From Basidiobolus meristosporus CBS 931.73 (Eukaryota; Fungi; Basidiobolomycota), in contig MCFE01000312.1 of assembly GCA_002104905.1 (NCBI GenBank), positions 1 to 64,000 on the forward strand: 64,000 nt of DNA, written 5' to 3'. Both the position numbers and the translations under genes were made by a program. The notes beneath the pieces are model-generated. The model saw only the letters and a program-made list of their open reading frames with translations, was not told where the DNA came from and searched no databases. Shown here piece by piece: positions 50,424-61,258 of this stretch (position 1 is its first letter; every line of letters starts with the position of its first letter).

Positions 50424-53400
50424 CCCTATGAAAAATAATTTGGTCCCACAGGTGGATCCAATCCAGATCAGCTGTCAAGATCCCATCAGGAAACCACAAT
50501 AATATCAGCAGATTGGAATTAATGACTATCTACACAATCTTATGATGGGATCACAATGGCATTTAGCTAATTTTACAGTCAAAAAATGTTAAAAAAGCAT
50601 AATAGTGTTTGTATAGTATTATGCCAAGGGTGGCATGGCTTTGTTGCAGTCTTGATGGGCTCTACAACTATTTGAGTGGATCTAACTGGCCAGTACATTC
50701 AATTGCCTTATAGGGCAAAGACTTAACAGTGTTTTGACAGCTTCATTACAAGCCTCTCATGGAATTATCATGGCAGTATGGTGGCCTACAGCTAGTTCTG
50801 TATAGCACTGCCATACCAATTTACCAAGTGGTATTTCCTTTTTCTACCTCCCCTTGTGCAATTCATATATTCCACTGCAGAATCACCCCTCTTTATTCAC
50901 TTACCCACTACTACCTTGGGTATTCCACCTATAGCTCAAATTAAAAAATATTCTGGCCTTCTGCTTACTAACCTCTACAAACATGCACACCTGCCAAAAT
51001 TAACATACTTCTATCACCTCAACTTTATGGCTTTTTAGTGTAACACTTGCAAAGTTGCCATATACTATATAGTACTGGTAACATATACATCTTGCAAACA
51101 TATGGTTGGTTGCCACCACTTCTGCCATGAATACCTCCTGAATATCCCCAAAGAACTTTTTGTTATTTAGCCAATATATTCCTTCTCCCTGCTGGATTCT
51201 AGTCCCACTTATATGTGAGCTCTGGCTCTTATTTGTATGAATTCCATATTGGATGGTGTAGAAGTTGGGTTGTGTCCAAGAGAAATATGGCATACCTTGG
51301 TAGAGCTTTACTAATCAACATTAGTTGCTTATTGCACCCTACCCAACTTTGCATTATTTAACAGATTACCCATGCATTGGAGCTGCTTAGCTTTGTAATG
51401 CCATAGGCATAGGCGTCTCCATGTGCAAATCTGTCCTCAGTATTTTCCAACTCTTTCTGGCTGTCCTCCATGTGCCAACTCATCACACCCATGACAGACT
51501 TGAAGGTAATATTCTTGATGTGATTGGGATATGGTAGTACCTGCAACTTGACTCATCTTCTTATCTCAACACCCATCCACTCCATAGGAAGCTCCCAAAA
51601 GGTGAAGCAAAGTCCAACATTCTCAACACACCAAGCAAGATGGAGTAGCAAGTAGATGCAGTAGTGGCAGAGATCTACATATTGTGGTGGTGTATAAGTC
51701 TAAGGGAGGGATACATCATACACTTCTTGAGTGTTTGTGTGTGGGCTGTTCACTGGGTGCAATAACCTTTGGCAAAAGCTTGCTGGGAATACTTGGTTTT
51801 TATTGTCTCCAATCTAATGTGAAGGGGAATGAAGCTACAAGCTTGTCAAGGGAAAACTATTGAGCTACAATCCCCAACTTAGTTGGCATCTTAATAAAAG
51901 TATGCACTAGGTTCAGCATCCTTTGAGATGATAATGTACTAAAGCTTCCAAAGTCAAAACAACTGTAAACTCTACCAGCAGGGACTTGAAAAGAATGCAA
52001 TTGTAGTCAATAGTTACAATGACAGAAAAGTATCTTTACCTGCACAAGAACAAACTTGGGAAAGAATCAAATATAACAAAAGATACCTACTCAGGGTATT
52101 CCTCATACATAGTGCCTCCAAGGTCAGTTGGCTGACAGTACAGTTTCCTGGGAGTGTCCTGTGGTCTGGGGTTGGAAGTTCAGGTAGCAGCAGGTAACAG
52201 TGATCACACTAATCAGCAAGTTGGTATAATGATGGAAGGGATGATGATTTATTGGTGAGCGATTGCCCCCCTATATACTTTTCTCACTGGCAAAGTGATT
52301 AACAAGCATGGTGTTTCAGAAGGTTCAAGTGGTCAAATAGAAGTCTTAATGATATTAGAATGAGCCAAGAATGTTCTAAGTAGGTACTGGAAGGTTCTGG
52401 TGGTCAAATAGAAATCTTAATGGCATCAGAATGAGCTAAGAATGTTTTAAGTAGGTTCTGGAAGGTTCTGAGAGGGGCAGCACACCCAACCAATCAGGTA
52501 TCAGTATTAGAAACCTATATCACATAGGGTTACTAAATATGGTATAAGAGTGGTAGGGATGGTGATGTGGTTTGGCCATTATTACAGGTACCAGCATGGG
52601 TGCTTGCCTAATATAGAAGCACTTACATCAAGCAATCTTACATAAAGAGAGGGATAACCTATGCAATAAGGTAGGCAGGTGTGAAAGTCAGCTGGCTTAT
52701 GGGATATTGCTGATCAAGTAAGACAAATGGGATAATACCAATGTAAGGGTAGTAGAAAAATAGGGATGTAGAAAATATGAGAATGAGCATATCTGTCAGT
52801 GGGTTTTGCTGTGACCCCACTACTGCATTCAGCTTTGCCAGATGGTGCCATACAGTGCCAATTTGGGGTCAAAATTGACATGCATATGACCCTAAAATAC
52901 TAAATTAATAACAAAATATACAGCACTCTCTGGCACTATGTTCAATGGCACAATGGAACAAGTCTAATGACTTCAGAAGGCCACTTGAATAAACACATAT
53001 CCTGTTCATCCATTCCTTGCACTTGTATTGTTGCATATGCATATGAGCATTGATTGGAGCCCATGAGAAGTACTTGGGTAGCAGATACTCTGTAATATCT
53101 GAGCCAATAATCAAGAGGACATCAGAAGTCTGGCATGCTAAAACCTTAAGGCCAGCATACCATGAGACAAGCAGGAGTTCAAGGCCAAGCAGAACATGCT
53201 TGACTTGCTCCATGGGCATTATCCTGAATTCAAACAAGCAAACAGATTTCCAGCCAGCATTGGTATGCTGAGAAAGTATCTGAAGAATGGCAGGAACTAT
53301 TAAAGGTAGAAGAACAAGGGTGCAATTGCTAAAAACAAGCAGCTTTCTCAAGAGCCTGTTACAAGCAGGGCCAAAAGTTTCAAACAAATATCAAAGAGGC

Positions 53401-54775
53401 ATCAGGTAGCTGGAAGAGTGCCAATTAGGGAAATGCTGGCAGACACAGATGCACTAGCACAACATTTACCAAGGAGAGAGTGTAGATCTAATCAAGAAGT
53501 ACTCAGTCCAAGTAGCAGTGAAGGATCTGGCAGTGATAAAAATGAGTGGCTCCCTCAGGAGCCTGTCACAGAATGGGCTGAGAGCTCAAAACAAGCAGGA
53601 AAGAATTGTCAGGTTGCCTGCAGAGTGCCAGCAAGAGATAAGCTGGCCAAAATAGATGCATCAGAGCAACATTTAACAAGGAGAAAATATAGTTCAGTAC
53701 AAGAAGCACTCTGACAAAGTAGTAGTGAAATACCTGGCATTGATAAAGGAAAAGGTAAGCGGAAAAAGTCTACCAACTCCAGAGACAGAGAAGAATAAGA
53801 AAAAAACTGCAGTTCTTGCCAATTAACACTGTCAGCCTGGAACATACAGAATCCCATCATAGCCAAGAAGAATTACCAACAAGAAAACAGCTGTATTCAT
53901 AAGAGTCAGAAGCACAGCCAGTTGAGCTACACTCCAGTGAGGTAGATGAGTTAGCAGAGAGTGGCAAATTGTCTACCACAGCCTCCATATTCTTAATTGT
54001 TGACAGAGTGGAGATCCCACTGACAGACAAAGTAGCAACATCAAGAACTCAAAGGTTATCACAATGCTTTCAGTTGAATTCTGGAGTATTAATAAGCCCA
54101 CCAAGAGGTTGCAGCACTTCTTCAAGAGCAGTGCTCAAGAAAATGCACGTGAATATTGCAAGGTTGTGTTGCAAAGACTGGCAGATGAGAATCTAGCCTT
54201 TGCAGTGCCGGCTGAAGACCAGGACATATGGGAAGCAGTGAATGAACAGTGGCATAAAGTTGCAGGGTTCCTTCCTAAGTCATGGAAACAGAGCATCACA
54301 GCAGAAATACATATTAAGTGGTATATTTTAATGGAGTTACTTGCTGAGTGTGGGGTTGGGCTTAATGTTATTGTAGGGTATAGGGGCCTGTATTAGTCAA
54401 AACAATTGGCAATTGAGGTACAACTGAAGTTTCAATGGAAATAAATCAATTTGTAAGCATGAAAAGTACAAGAAATGGTTGAGTTGGGTAGTAAGGAGTG
54501 TGAAAAAGAGGCAATAGCCAATCAATGCACACAAATGTAGGAGGCAATAGAGTGTCTGGGATTAGAAAGTGACAAAATTGACAGAAAACCAATCAAAAGC
54601 CACATTTGTATTGTTGCAATGAAAAATTTTGACAAAGTTTTATATGATATCTGCGGTATAATTATTTTCTGATGGTCTTTGCATGGTGTCCTGATGGGAT
54701 CAATACCTCTTAGTCACAGGACTTAGGATTTGTGACAGTCTTTTGACAGAATCATCACACTAATTTTACATAGGG
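50424..54775. mobile_element. CACTA/EnSpm (CMC superfamily) DNA transposon, internally deleted, both ends present
   Basis: Termini CCCTATGAAAAAT...ATTTTACATAGGG (CMCWR-type) with a 3-bp TSD GAA on both sides. It contains a minus-strand transposase C-terminal relic (about 50620-51680) and a plus-strand accessory ORF relic (about 53100-54440). Confidence 0.8.
51683..52824. mobile_element. Solo-LTR-like element L nested in the CACTA element
   Basis: Begins TGTGGTGG and ends CCCCACTAC(T). It has an internal 71-bp tandem duplication (52319-52460) and a minus-strand TATATA at about 52275. Homologous to 61259-63193. No clear TSD. Confidence 0.7.
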
Positions 54776-54899
54776 GAACTGATCAGATACAACAAATGGG
54801 ATAAAACTAAAATAAGGGTAGTAAAAAATATGGGAATGAGTCCATCTGTTGGTAGGTACTACTATGACCCCACTACACTGCTACTATGCAATGTGAGCT

Positions 54900-56676
54900 T
54901 CACAGAAAATGTTATCACTCTACAGTGCATGGTAAGGCATAATCAAGCAGCCAAACAAGTCAGCATATGCCTCAGAGAAGCTCAAAAACACCAAAACTGT
55001 TAATTCACATGCTGATGACAAATATTTTAAATGTGGGAATAGGGCACATATGTCACCAATCTAACCTGAGATGAATTCTACACCATTGGTATGTATTACC
55101 CAAACTCTACATAATCACTCAGCCAATGATATGACAGGGTATGCAGATGCTTATGATGAACCTACAGCACAAAATAATCACATCCTCCTAGACTTTCCGG
55201 CTATGATTGCACCTGTTCAAGAAAAGAAGCAACCTAGCACACAGCTCAAGGATATAGATGTACCACTCACCCTCAATGGGCAAAAATACATAGCACTACT
55301 GGATACTGGATCATCCAACTCTATCATATTGCACAATGCGGTCAAAGAGCTCAACTTGGAAACAGAAATACAATCAGAAAAAATTATACTTGCAGCTAAG
55401 AACCTCTTAGTCCCAAGACTTGGTATTCCCAGCTCAATTGGTATATATTTGGCTCAATAACTATAATCCATCAAATCAAAGTTATTGACATTGCTAATGA
55501 GCCTGAGGTAGTCATTAACATAGACACCCTCACCAAAGTTGCCTGCCACATAGGTGGACCACAAGTTTGCTATCCTGAAATCAATTAAGCTTGGCTGCCC
55601 ATGAAGGATCAGATTCCAGAGATTTTCTCACCCCAACCAGAAGAAGCAGAGTCAACCCCAACTTTTCTACACTGCTTTCAATCAGTCATGTTGGATATTC
55701 AGCCAGTTATAGAAAGAAATTAAGCCATTCCAAGGATCACTTTATGCACTATTCCAGAATCAACTGTGAGCAATTTTTGATTTCAAGAATTCAGGATATT
55801 ATTTCCACACCATCTGGAGCAAATGCACTCTACAAGTTGTACTCAAAGGATGCATATCACCAATTCCAAGTCCATCCTGAGCATTAGCAATAGACTGTCT
55901 TTACTTATGATATTATTCAATTAATGTTTCAGGGTGCTCCCTTTGGCCTAAAGACACTTACCAGCAGCTTCTGCAGAGTTATAACTATAATATTCAGGAA
56001 TGCATATATGCCTTAGTACTTGTTGATGATGTAGTCATATTCTACACAAACCATAAGGATCTTGTAAGTCACATTGCTGTTGTAATCAATAAACTAATGG
56101 CTACTGCAATGATTCTCAAAGCTAAAAAGTGCAATTTTGCTTGCCTCAATCTCAATCTACTTGGATTTGTAGTTACACCAGCTGGCCACCAACAAGACTC
56201 TTTCAGACAGGTCAATATTCCTGAATGGCCAAATCCTACTAGTACTAAGCAACTGCATAATTATCCTGAAGTATTCAACTATATCAGGGACCACATATTG
56301 CTCTTGTTACCATTGAGTGCCACTTTGAATGCATTATGCCATGGCACTTACCTCCCCTGAGCCTGGAACAGGACTCATGATGAAGCCTTTGAGATGCTTT
56401 GTCCACTCATCTAACTAGAACCCACCTTATTCTGCACAAACTTTACTGAGCCATTTTTTGTTGCTATATATGTATCAAATGGTTAGTAGCAGCTGTCCTC
56501 AATCAGGATGAGGAGCAAAATAAGCCTCTCTGTACTTCATTCCAAGCCAGATCCCTACAGCCTACTGTGAGAAACTGCTCTGCTATCAAGAAGGAGCTAC
56601 TTGCCATAGTCTCTGTCTTGAAGATGTTTTGACAATATCAACAGGGTAACCATATTGTCTTGACATAGACCACAAA
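54900..56676 (+). mobile_element. Ty3/gypsy gag-pol relic (zinc knuckle, protease, RT, RNase H)
   Basis: Decayed CCHC KYFKCGNRAHM; protease ALLDTGSSNSII; RT KDAYHQFQVHPE...PFGLK...LVDDVVIF...KCNFA..LNLLGFVV; RNase H KKELLAIV...T(D)HKP, where it is cut by a CACTA end. Many stops and frameshifts. Confidence 0.9.
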
Positions 56677-58300
56677 CCCCATGAAAATAATTTGGTCTTG
56701 CAGGTGGATCCAACTAGAAGTAACCATCAGGTTCCTGCAATAAGGCTATTATAGTACTGGCAGTTTGAATTATTGACCATCTGCACAATCTTATGATGGG
56801 ATTGTAACTGTGCTTGGATGGATTTATTGCCAAGTAAAGCTAAAAGCTTCATGGTGGTTTAACTGTCTTTTGATGAAAATTTTGTGGTATTCTAACAGTC
56901 CTTAAGCACTCTACATTTATTTACCCAGACCTGACTGGTAGGTACATCCAATTGCCTTATTTAGCCAGAAGCTTGTCAGTAATCTGATGGCTTTATTTCA
57001 GGTCACTGCAGGCAATATAATGGCAGTATGGAAGCCTACAGCTATTTTGGTATTATGCTACTGTACTAATTTACCAAATAGTATCTTGTTATTCTACCTC
57101 CCCTTGCACTATTCATATATTCCACTGTAAGTCATCCATGTTTATTTGCCTACCCACTACTACCTTGGGTATTCCTGACATAGTTTGAATTGAAAGCAAC
57201 TATGGCCTCTTGTTTACTACCCTCTATATGCACATGCACCTGCTGCAATTGATATACTTCTATCACCTCAGCTTTATGGCTTATCAGTATGAAACTTGCA
57301 AAGTTATCATATATCTTCTATTGCTGGTAACATATACATCTTGCAAACATATGCTTGGCTGCAGCCACTTTTGCCATGAATACCTCTGGAATATCTGCAA
57401 AAGATTTTTTGGCATTTAGCCAACTTATTCCTTCTCCCTGCCAATTTCTGGTTGCCCTTATAGGTGCACTCTTACTATTGCTTATGTGAATTCTGTATCA
57501 AATGGTGTAGTAATTGGCTTGTGGCCAAGAGAATCCCAGCATATTTTGGTAAAGTTGTCCTGATAAAAATTAGCTACTTGTTGTGCTCAACCCAACAATG
57601 CATAACTCAACTGAGTACCCATGCATTGAGGCTATTTAGCTTTTTAATGCCAATTATATTGGTGTCTCCATGTGCACATCTGTCCTCAGTATTTTCGAAC
57701 TCTCCTGGTTGTCCTTCATGTGCTGGCTTATCACATCAATGATGGTATCAAAGATTACCTTCTTCCTGAGATTAGGATGTGGTAATACCTGCAACTTGAC
57801 TTGTCTTTCTATCTCCCAGCATATCTGCCTGATAGGAAAATACCAAAAGGTGAAGAAAGGCCTAATATTCTCCACACACCAAGTAAGATGGAGTAGAGAA
57901 TGGAGGCAGTAGTGGCAGGGAACTATATGGTCAGATTTATGCTTGTAGTACAGCAGCACCAATCCCATCTCAACCTCCTTGCAGAGAGGCTGTAGGTATG
58001 TAAAATTGGCATTGGTGATAGTACCAGTGGCTCAAGATAGTACCATGCAATTTGTGACATGATAGAAGCCACAGGAGCTAGACTCCAAGTGCCATGGGTA
58101 TTGAGTACCAGATACTTGTCTTCAATCCTTTTGTGCTCTTCACAAAGGTCAAAATGGATTTCTCCAGCATGGTAGGTGAAACACAAGGGCTACTTTGCAT
58201 GAAGATGAAGAGCTATGTTTCACACTTGGCACCCAGGTTTAGGTCTGCTATGCCTCTCTAGCACACAATGGTACTATTTGGCACTCATGGCTCAGTATTG
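56677..58300 (-). mobile_element. Second CACTA copy: left terminus plus transposase C-terminal half
   Basis: Starts CCCCATGAAAATAATTTGG, colinear with 50424-51680. Translation LYYKHKSDHIVPCHYCLHSLLHLTWCVENIRPFFTFWYFPIRQICWEIERQVKLQVLPHPNL matches the H.LLHL...GP....W.FP.ER.CG pattern of fungal CACTA-type transposases. Confidence 0.8.
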
Positions 58301-59200
58301 CACTATCCAACAAAACAAGTCTAATGATTTTGCAACAGACAAAGCATGTTCTGCTTGGCCCTGAATTCCTAATGGTCCCATGGTACACCAGCTTTGAAGA
58401 GATTCTGTGCTAAACTTCTAATGGTCTGTTGAGCATTGGCACATTGTTCATTATTGCACTCAATGGCTCCATGGATCTTCATGTCTTTAAATTGTTGGGC
58501 TTTGATGTAAACACTGCTGTCTCTCCCTCCAATGCTGTGACAGGTTTTTCTGCAGGCTTTATCTTTTGGTACTGTTCTTAAGCTTCAGGGACTTTATTGT
58601 GCTCCTGTGCTGTTACATTGGGAAATTGCATATTTCTAGCTGTGATGTTGAGTTGCTTCAAGTCCTAATTTACCACAGGATTACTGGGTTCTCCACCTGG
58701 GTCATTGATTGCCATGCATGTATTATCTGTGCATCCTGTCACCAAACAGCTTCCTGAATTCTCAAGGCCATTGAATGTATTGTATCAACCACTGCACCTA
58801 TCTGCCTTATTATTACTTAGCTATGTGCTGACAACATACTTGCTAATACCGGTGGTGAATATATTATGATCATCACTAGCTGAACTTCCACTGGAGGTAC
58901 TTGGTATTCTGCATTCTCATCTGCCTGAGCATTATGATCCATTTGCTGCTCTACAGAGATTCATCATTGCCAAATTGACTGAGAGCCTGAGGAGTCCACA
59001 TTGCTACCCTCAGTGGGCCCATTGTGAATATGCCCTTTTCTGCATGTAGCCATAACTGTTCAAAGAGTGTTAATGCATGCTGCTCTCCCACTATTCTTTT
59101 GCTGGTGTCAGCAGTGGGCTTGATGAGAACCTGGCAACTATGCTTTATTTTTGAAGGCATATATATGTAGGAGAGTCAAACCCAAGGGGAAATAGTGTTA
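58300..59200 (-). mobile_element. N-terminal fragment of the CACTA-associated accessory ORF
   Basis: Homologous to 63200-64000. Encodes AIECNNEQCANAQQTIRSLAQNLFKAGVPWDH*EFRAKQNML. Confidence 0.65.
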
Positions 59201-61258
59201 CAAATATTTCTGTCTGTGGTACCACAACTTTTATTCAAATGGCTACTTCAGCTGGTCATCATAGAATCTCATATTGATGTAGGTGTAATGTCTTAGATAC
59301 AACACTCCCTTATGTCCACTTGAGTATATGCATGAAAGTGGCATAATAGTGCTACATTGTTAAGTGACAAGCTGTTTGCCCAATAGACAAGACTATTTTG
59401 ATACAATAACAGAAGAGAAAGAAGACCATGTAGCAATTTTGATCAGCCTCTGGGACATGGGGCACCTAGTGAGCATAAGAAGTATCAAATGGATCACAGC
59501 TGGTGCTTTGCTGCACAAGTCAAACTCAAGCATTGATCAGTCACTGCTCTACAAGAATATCATGCTGGCCATTTGTCACCATTATAAATACTCCCAGCCA
59601 CACTTGTCACCTTGTGCAAACTGATTCAAGTGACCCTATGAAAGGTTATTGAGATGATCCTGTCAAAAGGTCATCACAAAGTTAAAGTCCCATGACTAAG
59701 AGGTACTGATCTTGTCAGGACACCATCTAGAGACCATTGAAAAATAATTGAACCCCAGATTTCACAAAAAACTTGGTCAGAATTCTTCATCACAACAATG
59801 TATAAGTAGCTTTTGATTGGTTCCCTGCCAATTTGCTCACTTTCTGATCTCAGACACTCTATTGCCTCCTATGTTTATGTGCATTGATTGGCTATTGCCT
59901 CTTTTTCACACTACTTACTTCTGACTCAACCGTTTCTCTTACTTTTCATGTGTAGAGCTTGATTTATATATGTTGAAACTTCTGTTGTACCTCAATTTCT
60001 AATTCTATTGACCTATGCAAGCCCCTATACCTTACACTAATATTAAGCCTAACCACACACTCCACAAGTAACTCCATCAAAATCCACCACTCAATAAGTA
60101 TTTCTGCTGCAAAACTCTGGTTCCACAACTTTGGCAGGAACCCAACGGCTTTATGCCACTGTTCATTCACTGGTTCCCACACATCCTGGTCTTCAGCCAG
60201 CACTGCAAGTTGTAGCACCTCATCTGCCAGTCTTTGCAATAAATCCTTGCAATATTCCAGTGCATTTTCTTGAGTACTGCTCTTGAAGAAGTGCTGTAAC
60301 CTTTTGATGTGCCTATTGATGTTCCAAAACTCCACTGAAGGCATTGTGATAGTCTTTTGAGCTCTTGACATTGTAGCCTTGTCTCTCAGTGGAATCTCCA
60401 CACAGTTAACAATGAAGGATGTGGAGGCTGTGGTAGACAAATTGCCTTTTTCAGCAAACTCATCTACCTTGCTGGAGTGTAGCTCAACTGGCTGCACTTC
60501 CAACTCTTGTGAATGCAGCTGTTTTCTGGTTGGTAATTCTACTTTGCTACAATAGGATTCAGTCTGTTCCTGGCTTACATTGTTGATTGGCAAGAACTGC
60601 AGGTTTTTTGCATGCTTCCCTGTCTCAGGCTTGGGAAGATATTCTTCCCTTTACCTTTTCCTTTATCACTGCCAGGTCTTTCACTGCTACTTTGTCTATG
60701 TGCTTCTTGTAAAGAACAATATTGCCTGCTGAATAAATTCTGCTTGGACTCATCTGTTTTGGCCTGCTTGTTCCTTGCTGGCACTCTTCTGGCAACCTGA
60801 CATTTTTTTTTCCGCTTATTTTGAGCTCTCAACTATAGTTGTGACAGGCTCCTGTAGGAGCAGCTGGTTTTTATCACTGCCAGGTCCTTCACTGCTACTT
60901 TGACTGGGTGCTTCTTGAGTGGTACTATGCTTTTTCCTTGATAAATGTTGTACTGGTGCATCCATGTCAGCCTGCTTGTCTCCAATTGGCACTCTTCCAG
61001 GTACCTGATGCCTCTTTGATGCTTGTCTAGAGCTTTTGGCCCTGCTTGTAGCAGGCTCTTGAGGAAGCTGCTGGTTTTTAGCCATGGCACCCTTGTACTT
61101 CTGCCTTTTATAGTTTCTGCAATTCTTAAGATACTTTCTTAGCAAACCAATGCTGGCCCTAAGTCCATTTGCCTGTTTGAATCTGGCATAATGGTCATGG
61201 AACAAGTCAAGTGCATTCTTCATGGCCTTGAGTTCCTGATGGTCCCATGGTATGCCGG

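Larger units (their letters stand above)
50073..54877. mobile_element. Truncated solo-LTR-like element 'L', split by the CACTA insertion (50073-50423 + 54779-54877)
   Basis: Both pieces align colinearly to the intact L copy at 52280-52824. The right piece ends CCCCACTACA. Confidence 0.75.

Noticed and set aside
54771-54877. TAGGGGAAC as a polypurine tract before a short (TRIM-like) LTR
   Set aside because: It is better explained as the CACTA right end (CATAGGG) plus the GAA target duplication.
59195-59202. TGTAAC-like LTR terminus on the minus strand
   Set aside because: The second copy is cut by the window end at 64000, so the boundary cannot be confirmed.
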